From the NCBI GenBank assembly GCA_009773355.1, contig WRPG01000002.1, positions 64,391 through 128,390 on the forward strand: DNA of 64,000 nt. Direction: 5' to 3'. The notes below the pieces were generated by a model, which ran no database searches, was not told where the DNA came from, and saw only the letters and a program-made list of their open reading frames with translations. Source of the DNA: Limisphaerales bacterium (lineage in GTDB: Bacteria > Verrucomicrobiota > Verrucomicrobiia > Limisphaerales > SXTU01). This document shows positions 35,652-44,463 of this stretch, one piece after another. A program made the translations under genes and the position numbers. Position 1 is the stretch's first letter; each line of letters opens with the position of its first letter.

Positions 35652-36230
35652 ATGCCTTACACCACTACACAACCGCCGTTCACGCTCAAGTTTCGAGAGA
35701 TGTCCAAACAAGAGCTCAGGGACTATTTTCGATGGTTCTTTGACATACTTCCGAAGAGAATATTCGAACTAACCGACGCAGTCAGGCAAACACCTGGATT
35801 TGAAATGTGGCAGCCTGACAAAACAGCCGATTCACTCGGCGGACTTGGAAAATGGTTCGCGGGTCAAGTCGAGACGCGCCAGCGGACATCGGAAGAGCTA
35901 CAAGAAATTACCGTCCAATCCGCATATCCAATCCAAATCCCTGATGAAGAGTTGACGAATCGGACATTTTCTCTCGCGATGGACGTGGGGATGTATTTCA
36001 GTCAAGTTCTCGTAAACAACCATCCGTCACTCCGATGGGAGCAACTGTTGAACGATAAGAAGTATGTAGACTACGGCCAGCCTGTGCTCGTTGGGTTTGG
36101 GTCAGTTCCTCTCAATCCAGTGCAAATTGCAATAACACTTGCGTATGGGTTAGTGAGCAAAAAGCAAAGCGAGAAGCGATTGCGAGAACTTTACGATTAT
36201 TGGTCAAGGCAGGCCCATTCGAATATCTGA
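35652..36230 (+). CDS. putative cognate immunity protein
   Basis: Starts 3 nt after the RHS stop. 192 aa, no signal peptide. Position is typical for an immunity gene. Confidence 0.6.
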   Translation: MPYTTTQPPFTLKFREMSKQELRDYFRWFFDILPKRIFELTDAVRQTPGFEMWQPDKTADSLGGLGKWFAGQVETRQRTSEELQEITVQSAYPIQIPDEELTNRTFSLAMDVGMYFSQVLVNNHPSLRWEQLLNDKKYVDYGQPVLVGFGSVPLNPVQIAITLAYGLVSKKQSEKRLRELYDYWSRQAHSNI

Positions 36231-36302
36231 ACCTCCAACGTTGCATAGCTTCAATTCAACTTTCAACATGGCAAGAATTTGAACACCAGCACTTAGCGAC
36301 TG

Positions 36303-38435
36303 ATGAAATTGCCAAGACAAACATTCGTGAGGATACTTGCATTCGCAGGCATCCTCACGATTCTTTGCCTTGGCCCATCCCTTTATGCCGTCACCAACAC
36401 CGTCACCTACGGCTACGACCCCCTTAACCGCCTTACAAACGCCGGATACTCTGACGGTTCCCGTGAGTCCTATTCCTACGATCCCGCTGGCAACCGCCTC
36501 ACTCGCATTACGCGTGGCCCAGCGATTCATAGTGACACGGTGCCTCCCTCCATTCCGTCTAATCTGACTGCTCAAGAAGTCTCCACGACACAGCTTCGGC
36601 TCCTTTGGAACCGTTCACCCGATACCGGCGGCTCCGGCCTTGGTGGCTATTCCATTTTCATAAACAACGTCCTTTACATCAACACCACGGCCACGAACCA
36701 ACTCGTGTCCGACCTCTCGCCCGGCAGCAATTACATCTTCACCGTCGCTGCATTCGACAGAGCAGCCAACACTTCCAGCGTCAGCCAATCTTTATCTCAC
36801 ACCGTGAGCAGTCCGCCAGCGATGACTGTGAATCCCACGAATCAGACCGCCTCAGTCGGTGACACCATCTCTTTCAGTGTCACCGCCACTGGAAATCCAA
36901 GCCCCAATTATCAATGGTGGTTCAACGGGAATACACCGATAAGCTGGGGAACGAACGCCACATTGATTTTGACCAACGTGCAGCCAGTGGCTGCGGGTAG
37001 TTACCGCGTGGTGGTGACGAATGTGGCGGGAAGTGTGACAAGTTTAGTGGCCACCTTAACAGTAAATGCACCAGCTACTGGCACAGTATTGGCCTGGGGA
37101 AAGAATGACTTTGGTCAAACGAATGTGCCCGTGGGCTTGAGCGGAGTAACGGCGATTGCAGCGGGAGGTAATCACAGCCTAGCCTTGAAAAACGACAGCA
37201 CCATGGTGGCATGGGGCAACCACTACTTTGGTCAAACGAATGTGCCCGCGGGCTTGAGCGGAGTAACGGCGATTGCAGCGGGAAATGGTCACACTGCGGT
37301 CTTGAAATACGACGGGACGGTGGTGGTGTTTGGAGACAATAGCTATGGCCAGATAAATGTGCCCGTGGGCTTGAGCGGAGTAACGGCGATTGCAGCGGGT
37401 GATTATCACATACTCGCGCTGAGGAACGATCGAACAGTGGTGGCATGGGGAGGCAATCAATTCGGCCAAATTCTGGTGCCCGTTGGCTTGAGCGGAGTAA
37501 CGGCGATTGCAGCGGGAGGTTATCACAGCCTAGCCTTGAAGAGTGACGGGACCGTGGTGGCATGGGGAGAAAACAACTTTGGCGGAACAACAATACCTAC
37601 GACTCTTGCTAACGTAACAGCGATTGCTGGGGGAAATGGTTACAGCGTAGCCTTGAGGGGAGATGGCACCGTGGTGGCATGGGGAAATAACGGCAGTGGC
37701 CAAACGGCGGTGCCGGAATCCTTAAGGGGGGTGACGGCAATTGCGGCTGGATGGTTCCACACGGTAGCGTTGAAAGATGACGGCACTGTAGCGGCATGGG
37801 GAAATAATGACAATGGCCAAACGACGGTGCCAGAATCCTTAAGGGGGGTGACGGCAATTGCGGCTGGACATTATCACACCGTGGCGCTGGTCGGAACAGC
37901 ACAGGCGGTTGCTCCAGCCATCACTGCGCAACCAACGAATGTCCTGTTACTGCGCACGAGCTTGGTGAATGTTCTTCCGGCCACCTTCAGCGTCGTCGCT
38001 ACCGGAACCGCGCCACTTCTCTATCAATGGCGCTTCAATGGCAGCGCCCTTCCCGGCGCAACCAATCCGGCATTTAACCTCGCCAATGTGACGCGGGTTC
38101 ACAATGGCCTCTACAGCGTCGTGGTTACGAACACCGTGGGGACAGCCATCAGTTCAAATGCACTCCTGCGGGTGCGCGTGCCGCAACGACTGGCCTTGCC
38201 GGAGCGGCTGGCCGACGGGCGGATGCGGCTGGGTTTTATTGATGACCTCGGTGGATTGCCAACCACTTTTGATGCCCCTTTCATTGAGGTGCAATTCGCG
38301 ACCAATCTGACAGCGAGCAACATTTTCTGGTTGCCGCTGACCAACGCCGTAACGGTCACGAACGGGATGCTGGTGGTGGACGAGGCGCCTGGCACGGTTG
38401 GCCCACACCGCTTCTACCGCGTGATCGAACGATGA
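36303..38435 (+). CDS. secreted multidomain protein: two YD repeats, FN3, Ig-like domain, eight RCC1-like propeller repeats, Ig-like domain
   Basis: Signal peptide ILAFAGILTILCLGPSLYA. VTYGYDPLNRLTNAGYSDGSRESYSYDPAGNRL. FN3 (LRLLWNRSPDTGGSGLGGY). Repeating WG.N.FGQT.VP..L.GVTAIAAG..H..AL. Ig-like ..YQWWFNG.. and ..YQWRFNG.. Confidence 0.8.
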   Translation: MKLPRQTFVRILAFAGILTILCLGPSLYAVTNTVTYGYDPLNRLTNAGYSDGSRESYSYDPAGNRLTRITRGPAIHSDTVPPSIPSNLTAQEVSTTQLRLLWNRSPDTGGSGLGGYSIFINNVLYINTTATNQLVSDLSPGSNYIFTVAAFDRAANTSSVSQSLSHTVSSPPAMTVNPTNQTASVGDTISFSVTATGNPSPNYQWWFNGNTPISWGTNATLILTNVQPVAAGSYRVVVTNVAGSVTSLVATLTVNAPATGTVLAWGKNDFGQTNVPVGLSGVTAIAAGGNHSLALKNDSTMVAWGNHYFGQTNVPAGLSGVTAIAAGNGHTAVLKYDGTVVVFGDNSYGQINVPVGLSGVTAIAAGDYHILALRNDRTVVAWGGNQFGQILVPVGLSGVTAIAAGGYHSLALKSDGTVVAWGENNFGGTTIPTTLANVTAIAGGNGYSVALRGDGTVVAWGNNGSGQTAVPESLRGVTAIAAGWFHTVALKDDGTVAAWGNNDNGQTTVPESLRGVTAIAAGHYHTVALVGTAQAVAPAITAQPTNVLLLRTSLVNVLPATFSVVATGTAPLLYQWRFNGSALPGATNPAFNLANVTRVHNGLYSVVVTNTVGTAISSNALLRVRVPQRLALPERLADGRMRLGFIDDLGGLPTTFDAPFIEVQFATNLTASNIFWLPLTNAVTVTNGMLVVDEAPGTVGPHRFYRVIER
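37125..37880 (+). repeat. tandem coding repeats of 117-120 nt (RCC1-like blades) with long identical DNA stretches
   Basis: GGCTTGAGCGGAGTAACGGCGATTGCAGCGGG recurs four times with about 117-120 nt period. CCTTAAGGGGGGTGACGGCAATTGCGGCTGGA recurs twice. Confidence 0.8.
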
Positions 38436-38483
38436 GCCGTTGCCGAGCTCCCAACTCCGAAACCAACAAAGGCTAAGGCGAAC

Positions 38484-39188
38484 ATGTTCAACTTCTTCAA
38501 GAAAAAGGCCGACGTCATCGAGCACTGGATTGGCTTCGCCGAAAACTTTCAATTTCCTTCCGCCGACTTCTACGAAGCCGTTGAGAAGGAACTCGAAGCC
38601 CGCAAAGTGCCCGGCTTGGAAAAGTCCCGTGTCGAGTTCGCCGAAGGGGGCCTGCTCTCCGACCAGCGGGTGTATCTGCGAATGTTGCGCGAGCGGCTGG
38701 TGTTCGACGTGTGCGCCGCACCGTTCGGCACCCGCTTCTTTTTCTCCTGCCGCATGGCGGAGATTCCGGCCGTGATTCAACTTTGGCAGCTCGCTGTCGT
38801 GCTTCTCGGCTTGGGCATTTTTGCCGCGATCTTCTGGAAAATCTTCGGCTTCTTCTGGGGCAGCGTCGCGATGGTCACGGCCCTGCTTGTCAGCGTGTAT
38901 CTGCTCCGCAACGCCGTGGCGATGGGGCTCACAGACCTCGATGCTGCCCTCATCAAATCGCCCGTCCTTGGCCCCATCTACGAATGCTTCTTTCGCAAGG
39001 AAACATACTACCGCGTGGACACCCGCCTCATGTATCTCGACACCGTGTCGAACGTGGTGAAGAAGCTGGCCGAGGAAGTGACCGGAGCCAAGGGCGTGAA
39101 GCTCGTGCGCCAATACGAGCAATCGCCCATCTTGGGCGAACTCTACCGCCCCGTGTTGCCCCGTGTGGAGACGGAGCGCAAGCCGTAG
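38484..39188 (+). CDS. hypothetical membrane protein (two or three central TM helices)
   Basis: Soluble N-terminal domain of about 95 aa, then AVIQLWQLAVVLLGLGIFAAIFWKIFGFFWGSVAMVTALLVSVYLL. Ends 7 nt before the large ATPase gene. Confidence 0.55.
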   Translation: MFNFFKKKADVIEHWIGFAENFQFPSADFYEAVEKELEARKVPGLEKSRVEFAEGGLLSDQRVYLRMLRERLVFDVCAAPFGTRFFFSCRMAEIPAVIQLWQLAVVLLGLGIFAAIFWKIFGFFWGSVAMVTALLVSVYLLRNAVAMGLTDLDAALIKSPVLGPIYECFFRKETYYRVDTRLMYLDTVSNVVKKLAEEVTGAKGVKLVRQYEQSPILGELYRPVLPRVETERKP

Positions 39189-39194
39189 CGCGTC

Positions 39195-42100
39195 ATGGCC
39201 TGGGTTGACGAACAACTTTCCGCGCAGTTCCGAAAATGGGAACAGCGCGGACGGGGTTGGCGCGTCTGGCCGGAGCCAGTGGTTCCAGAACCACCCTTCC
39301 AAGTCTTCCCCGGCCACTACCTGCCCGCCGCTCCAATTGCCGACGACGGACGGCGACCGACCGCGCTCAGTTCCTTCGTGCAACGACTCTCCCGCACGTT
39401 GAAGCCGGAACCGCCACCGTTGCCACCCGAACCCGTTGAAGAAGAGGAACCGGAGCCAACCTCACTTACTCGCGATTCACTGATTGAATTTCAGGCATCG
39501 CTCCCCGACAAGCTTGATGTCTCCAAGGAAGCCTTCGAGCAGTTCCTTTTGAATCTTTCACTGTGCCGTGAACCGATTGCTTTTGAACTGCTCGGCGTCC
39601 ACAAGAAAGTCACCGCACAATTTGCCGCTGCCAAAGGCGATGCCCCATTGCTCCGCCGCCAGTTGCAGGCGTATTTCCCCGAAGCCGTCTTTGTCCCGCG
39701 CGAAGGCGCATTGGCGCAGGCGTGGGAAAAGTCCGCCGGCGATGAAGTGCTGGCGGTTGAATTCGGCCTGGCGCACGAATTCATGCTGCCACTCGCGAGC
39801 GGTAGAACCGATCCGTTCATCGGCCTCATCGGCGCTCTGGCGGAATTGCAGCCGGGCGAGCTTGGCCTGTTTCAAGTCTTGTTCCAGCCCGCGCACGAGC
39901 CCTGGCCGGAAAGCATCGTGCGCTCCGTCATCGATGCGGACGGCAAACCTTTCTTCGTTAATTCGCCCGAACTGACACATGCGGCGAAGCACAAAATCGC
40001 CCGCCCCCTGTTCGCCGCCGTGGTCCGCATTCTGGTTCGTTCCAACGAATTTGAACGATTACTGCAACTGGCGCGCGACCTTGCCGGAGCCTTGCGCGTG
40101 TTTGCCCACCCAAACGGCAACGAACTCATTCCGCTTCACAACGACGGTTACCCGTTCGAGGAACACATTGAAGATGTGCTGCGGCGTCAGACCCGGCGCA
40201 CGGGAATGTTGTTGAACAGTGACGAGCTGATGGGCTTCGTGCATATCCCGACGAGTGCTGTCCGCTCGTCCGTCTTTCAAAGGCAGTCCGTCAAATCCAA
40301 GGCGGCCCCGGCCATCGTCGGCCATGACAACGGCCTGCTGCTTGGCGAGAACGATCATGCCGGCCTGACGGTTCCAGTCAGGTTGTCAGCCGAACAGCGC
40401 ACCCGCCACACCCACATCATCGGTGCGTCCGGCACCGGTAAAAGCACGCTGCTTTTCAACCTCATCCGAGAGGACATTCAAAATGGCGAAGGCGTGGCCG
40501 TGCTCGACCCGCACGGCGATTTGATTGATCGCATTCTGGGCATCATTCCGTCGGAGCGGATTGCGGACGTGGTTTTGGTTGATCCGTCCGACGGAGAGTA
40601 TTCCGTCGGCTTCAACATCCTCTCGGCGCACAGCGAACTGGAGAAGAACCTACTGGCTTCTGACCTGGTGGCCGTGTTCCAGCGCCTCTCGACTTCCTGG
40701 GGCGACCAGATGAACAGCGTGTTGCAAAACGCGATTCTCGCCTTTCTCGAAAGCGACCGGCGCGGGACCATCGCCGACTTGCGCCGCTTCCTGATTGAAA
40801 CTCCCTTTCGGAATGAATTCCTGAAATCAGTCCGGGATTCCGAAGTTGTATATTACTGGCAGAAAAGTTTTCCGCTTCTGTCCGGCAACAAATCCATCGG
40901 TTCCATCCTCACCCGACTGGACACCTTCCTAGCCCAGAAGCCCGTCCGTCACATGGTCTCGCAACCCGAGAACCGGCTGGACTTCGCCCACCTCATGGAC
41001 ACTGGCAAAATCTTTCTGGCGAAATTGCCGGAAGGGTTGTTGGGCCGGGAAAATTCGCACCTGCTCGGCACGCTCCTAGTGTCCAAGTTCCAGCAGATCG
41101 CCATGAGCCGGCAGGCGCAGCAGATCACCGCTCGCCGGGACTACTGGCTCTACATCGACGAGTTCGCCAATTTCATCACGCCGAGCATGGCGGAAATTTT
41201 GAGCGGGGCGCGCAAGTATCGCATCGGCCTGACCCTGGCGCATCACGAGTTGCACCAGTTAGAGCGCAATCCCGAAGTGGCGAGCGCCGTGATGACGCAT
41301 CCCCATACGCGGATTGTGTTCCGGGTCGGCGACAGTGATGCCAAAAAATTGGCCGAGGGCTTTTCGTATTTCGAGGCGAAAGATTTGCGGAACCTGGAGG
41401 CCGGACAGGCCATTGCCCGCGTGGAGCGCAGCGACTTTGATTTTAATTTGTCCGTTCCGCTGCCCGCTCCACTCGACGTTAACGTAGTCGCAGCACGACG
41501 GCAGGAAGTCATTACGGCTTCGAGAGAAAAGTATGGCACCGCACGAGCGAACGTGGAGGCGATGCTGGCAAAGTCGCGTGAAGCGGTGGCGTCGCAGCCC
41601 ACAATTGCAACCAAGCCCACCCCGGTTGCGGAACCGCCGAAAGCCCTCGAAGTTCCGAAGGCTGTCGTAACGCCGCCGGTGGTTGAAATTCAGCCGCCAG
41701 TGGTTACGGAAATTCCGAAGTCGAAGGTAGAAACGCCAGCCATCAAACACGAACCGCCCAAGGATTTAGGCCGGGGTGGGGCGCAGCACCAAGCCATTCA
41801 GAAACGCGTCAAAGAGGCGGCGGAAGCTCTTGGCTTCCGCAGCGTGATTGAAAAGCCGGTGCTCGACGGACAAGGCAGCGTGGATTTGTGGCTGGAGCGT
41901 GCCGACCAAAGCATCGCGTGTGAAATTTCCATCAGCACCACGATTGACCACGAGGTTGGCAATGTCGCCAAGTGCTTGAAGGCGGGTGTTCCGAAAGTGG
42001 CGGTGATTTGCCTGGACGAGGAACGCCTGCGGAAGATCGGCAGCGCCGTTTCCGGCAGTCTCGGCGCGGAATTGGCGGCACGGGTGGAATATTTCCAGCC

Positions 42101-42275
42101 CGACCCGTTCATCGCCCATTTGAAGGCGTTGAAGCCGACCGCGACACAGCCAGCCGAAACGGAATATGGCGGTTACAAAATCAAGCGTTCCATCCCGAAA
42201 CTTTCCGCGCAGGAACAGAAGCAAAAAGGAAACCTCGCCAACCGCATCATGGCCGAGGCCATGCGCCGGAAATGA
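39195..42275 (+). CDS. large TraD/HerA-type P-loop ATPase with an unknown N-terminal domain of about 390 aa, a Pro/Val-rich linker and a PD-(D/E)xK-like C-terminal domain
   Basis: Walker A IIGASGTGKST (aa 408-418). Walker B LYIDEFANF. ARKYRIGLTLAHHELHQL. RIVFRVGDSDAKKLAEGF, collinear with 20283-21617. C-terminus: GGAQHQAIQKRVKEAAEALGF..DGQGSVDLWLERADQSIACEISIS..NVAKCLKAGVPKVAVI. Confidence 0.75.
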   Translation: MAWVDEQLSAQFRKWEQRGRGWRVWPEPVVPEPPFQVFPGHYLPAAPIADDGRRPTALSSFVQRLSRTLKPEPPPLPPEPVEEEEPEPTSLTRDSLIEFQASLPDKLDVSKEAFEQFLLNLSLCREPIAFELLGVHKKVTAQFAAAKGDAPLLRRQLQAYFPEAVFVPREGALAQAWEKSAGDEVLAVEFGLAHEFMLPLASGRTDPFIGLIGALAELQPGELGLFQVLFQPAHEPWPESIVRSVIDADGKPFFVNSPELTHAAKHKIARPLFAAVVRILVRSNEFERLLQLARDLAGALRVFAHPNGNELIPLHNDGYPFEEHIEDVLRRQTRRTGMLLNSDELMGFVHIPTSAVRSSVFQRQSVKSKAAPAIVGHDNGLLLGENDHAGLTVPVRLSAEQRTRHTHIIGASGTGKSTLLFNLIREDIQNGEGVAVLDPHGDLIDRILGIIPSERIADVVLVDPSDGEYSVGFNILSAHSELEKNLLASDLVAVFQRLSTSWGDQMNSVLQNAILAFLESDRRGTIADLRRFLIETPFRNEFLKSVRDSEVVYYWQKSFPLLSGNKSIGSILTRLDTFLAQKPVRHMVSQPENRLDFAHLMDTGKIFLAKLPEGLLGRENSHLLGTLLVSKFQQIAMSRQAQQITARRDYWLYIDEFANFITPSMAEILSGARKYRIGLTLAHHELHQLERNPEVASAVMTHPHTRIVFRVGDSDAKKLAEGFSYFEAKDLRNLEAGQAIARVERSDFDFNLSVPLPAPLDVNVVAARRQEVITASREKYGTARANVEAMLAKSREAVASQPTIATKPTPVAEPPKALEVPKAVVTPPVVEIQPPVVTEIPKSKVETPAIKHEPPKDLGRGGAQHQAIQKRVKEAAEALGFRSVIEKPVLDGQGSVDLWLERADQSIACEISISTTIDHEVGNVAKCLKAGVPKVAVICLDEERLRKIGSAVSGSLGAELAARVEYFQPDPFIAHLKALKPTATQPAETEYGGYKIKRSIPKLSAQEQKQKGNLANRIMAEAMRRK

Positions 42276-42287
42276 TTCCGAGCCGCG

Positions 42288-42524
42288 TCATTTCCTTTTC
42301 AGATGAAAGACCGGGCCGACAACTTTGTAAGGCGAGCAAGCTTCGATCATGCGGATGCGAAGGCCGGTCAAACTCAATTCCGGTCGCTCTTCCGCGTTGA
42401 ACACCGACGGTGCCGAGACACGGAGTTTGCGAGCCACCTCCGCTTTGGATTCGCCGCAAGCTTCACGGAATTGCTTGGCCAGGGCCGCCAGTTGCTTTTC
42501 TTTAACGGTTGTTTTGACGCGCAT
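42288..42524 (-). CDS. small helix-turn-helix protein
   Basis: LAKQFREACGESKAEVARKLRVSAPSVFNAEERPE. Divergent from the second recombinase gene. Confidence 0.5.
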   Translation of the reverse strand: MRVKTTVKEKQLAALAKQFREACGESKAEVARKLRVSAPSVFNAEERPELSLTGLRIRMIEACSPYKVVGPVFHLKRK

Positions 42525-42606
42525 GATTGAACCAGGCCAGAAAATAGCTGCTTTGGCTATCTTTTATCTTGCTCTGCCCCGGTGATTTTTGATATGAAGT
42601 AGTGCC

Positions 42607-44097
42607 ATGAAGGACCATAGCGTCTTGAACAAACCGGTTGGCATCTGGATTCGGGTTTCCACCGAGGATCAAGCCAAGGGCGAAAGCCCGGAACACCACG
42701 AGGAACGTGCCCGAAGCTACGCCAAAAGCCGTGGCTGGCAGGTCAAGGAAGTCTATGACCTTGCCGGGCAAAGTGGCAAAGCCGTGATGCAGCACCCGGA
42801 GGCCAAGCGCATGATGAAGGACGTGGAACGCGGCCACATCAACGGCCTGGTGTTTTCCAAGCTGGCCCGCCTGTCCCGGAACCGCCGCGAACTGGAGGAT
42901 TTTTCCGATTTCTTCAACAGCCATCAGGCCGACCTCATTTCTTTGAGCGAGGCGATTGACACCAGCACCGCCGGAGGCCGGATGTTCTTTCATCTGCTTG
43001 GAGTCTTTGCACAGTGGGAACGCGAAGAAATAACGGAGCGCGTGAATGCGTCGGTGTTGACCCGTGCCAAACTTGGCAAATCCATCAACGGCAGCGCCCC
43101 GTATGGCTACCAGTGGAAGGAGCGCAAGCTGGTCATCCAACCAGAGGAAGCCGCCATTCGTCGCAAAACTTACGAGCTTTTTTTGCAGTGCCGTCGCAAA
43201 GGTCAGGTTGCCCGCGAATTGAACGCCGCCGGCTACCGCACTCGCAACGGCAACCTGTGGCGCGACACCTCGATTCTGCGGCTTCTGGACGAATCCAGCG
43301 CCAAGGGCGTCTATGTGTTCAACACCGTGCGCCAAACGGGAGACTGGCGCACCGAACCCAAACCAGAGAGCGAATGGGGCAAGGCCGAGTGCGAACCCAT
43401 CATTTCCGAAGACCACTGGAACCAGGTCAACCAGATCATCGAGGAGCAGTTGAAATCGTGGAAGAAGCCGGGCAAGCCGCCGGTGCATCTGTTCAGCGGC
43501 CTGGCCTTTTGTGCCTGCGGCAACAAGATGTATGTGGCGGCCAACAGCCCCAAATACTTCTGCCGGAAGTGCTCGAATCGCATTCCCATCACGGACTTGG
43601 AAAACATCGTCCGACAGGAGTTGAAGGTCTTTTTCGGCCAGCCGGAACGCATCGCCGGCCATTTGCAAGAAGCCGGCCGAAACCTGGCCGAAAAGTCCGC
43701 ATTGCTCGATGCGCACCAAAAGGAAATCCAGAAAGTGCGCGATGAGATGACGCGAACACATCGGCTCTACATCCAGGAACAAATCACCGCGCAGGGCTTC
43801 GGCGACTTCTACAAGCCCGCCGAAGCCCGGTTAAACCAGCTCTTGGCTGAACTGCCCAAACTCGAATCCGAGGTGGACTTCTTGAAAGTCAACAAGCTGT
43901 CTGCCGCTGATGTCCTCCATGAGGCCAGTTCACTCTACGACCGCTGGCCCGCATTGCCGCCTGCGGACAAACGGAAAGTGGTTGAAGCGCTCATTGAAAA
44001 ACTGGTGATTGGAAACGGCGAAATTGACATAACCTTCTCACATCTCCCATGTTCTGAAGAATTGTGCAAAAACCAACAGGGGTTAGGGCTAGGGTGA
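42607..44097 (+). CDS. large serine recombinase
   Basis: VGIWIRVSTEDQAKGESPEHH (catalytic Ser), VFSKLARLSRN, recombinase domain APYGYQW, Cys cluster CACGNK..CRKCSNR, C-terminal coiled coil. 496 aa. Confidence 0.9.
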   Translation: MKDHSVLNKPVGIWIRVSTEDQAKGESPEHHEERARSYAKSRGWQVKEVYDLAGQSGKAVMQHPEAKRMMKDVERGHINGLVFSKLARLSRNRRELEDFSDFFNSHQADLISLSEAIDTSTAGGRMFFHLLGVFAQWEREEITERVNASVLTRAKLGKSINGSAPYGYQWKERKLVIQPEEAAIRRKTYELFLQCRRKGQVARELNAAGYRTRNGNLWRDTSILRLLDESSAKGVYVFNTVRQTGDWRTEPKPESEWGKAECEPIISEDHWNQVNQIIEEQLKSWKKPGKPPVHLFSGLAFCACGNKMYVAANSPKYFCRKCSNRIPITDLENIVRQELKVFFGQPERIAGHLQEAGRNLAEKSALLDAHQKEIQKVRDEMTRTHRLYIQEQITAQGFGDFYKPAEARLNQLLAELPKLESEVDFLKVNKLSAADVLHEASSLYDRWPALPPADKRKVVEALIEKLVIGNGEIDITFSHLPCSEELCKNQQGLGLG

Positions 44098-44297
44098 GGG
44101 AGAGCGGCAACAGCAATCCAGAAGTTAAATCCCAAAGAGATTGTGCAACTGAGCGCAAGGTTGGCTTGGCACCGCGACGCCCATCTTGAGCCATGCGTCA
44201 GGAGAATTCCGTATCCTGTTTGGCTTCTGACCAACTGTGCTTTGATGGTGCGCCACAATGGCGCTATTTTCACTAAAACTTCAACTTTGTGCGCCAC

Positions 44298-44369
44298 ACG
44301 CGTCACTATGTTCGGCTCACGCGTCAGTCTGTAGTTTTTACGCGTTACTTTATGCGGCTTGCGCGTGAC
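44298..44369. repeat. four direct ACGCGTNAC repeats with exact 21-bp phasing
   Basis: ACGCGTCAC at 44298, ACGCGTCAG at 44319, ACGCGTTAC at 44340 and GCGCGTGAC at 44361. The array starts 200 bp downstream of the recombinase stop. Confidence 0.65.
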
Positions 44370-44463
44370 TGTTTTCAGTAAGCTCGTAGGTCTGTTGAGA
44401 GGGCGGTTAAGTCAGTTTTGAGGCATTTCGAGACTCGTGCATCAGAGTGCAAGCGGCGAACCT

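Larger units (their letters stand above)
8255..44400. mobile_element. composite integrative (possibly mobilisable or conjugative) element of about 36 kb with two large serine recombinases; ends are approximate
   Basis: Composition changes abruptly at about 8255 and again between 44100 and 44880. Contents: serine recombinases, Replic_Relax-like protein, primase, TraD/HerA-type ATPases, ArdC-like protein, RHS toxin. Internal blocks differ in GC and are separated by gene remnants. Confidence 0.6.

Noticed and set aside
30043-38435. The RHS locus as part of a T6SS or an insecticidal Tc (TcB/TcC) complex.
   Set aside because: No PAAR, VgrG, Hcp, TcA or TcB-like beta-propeller N-terminal region was seen. 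The N-terminus is a signal anchor plus Ig-like domains.
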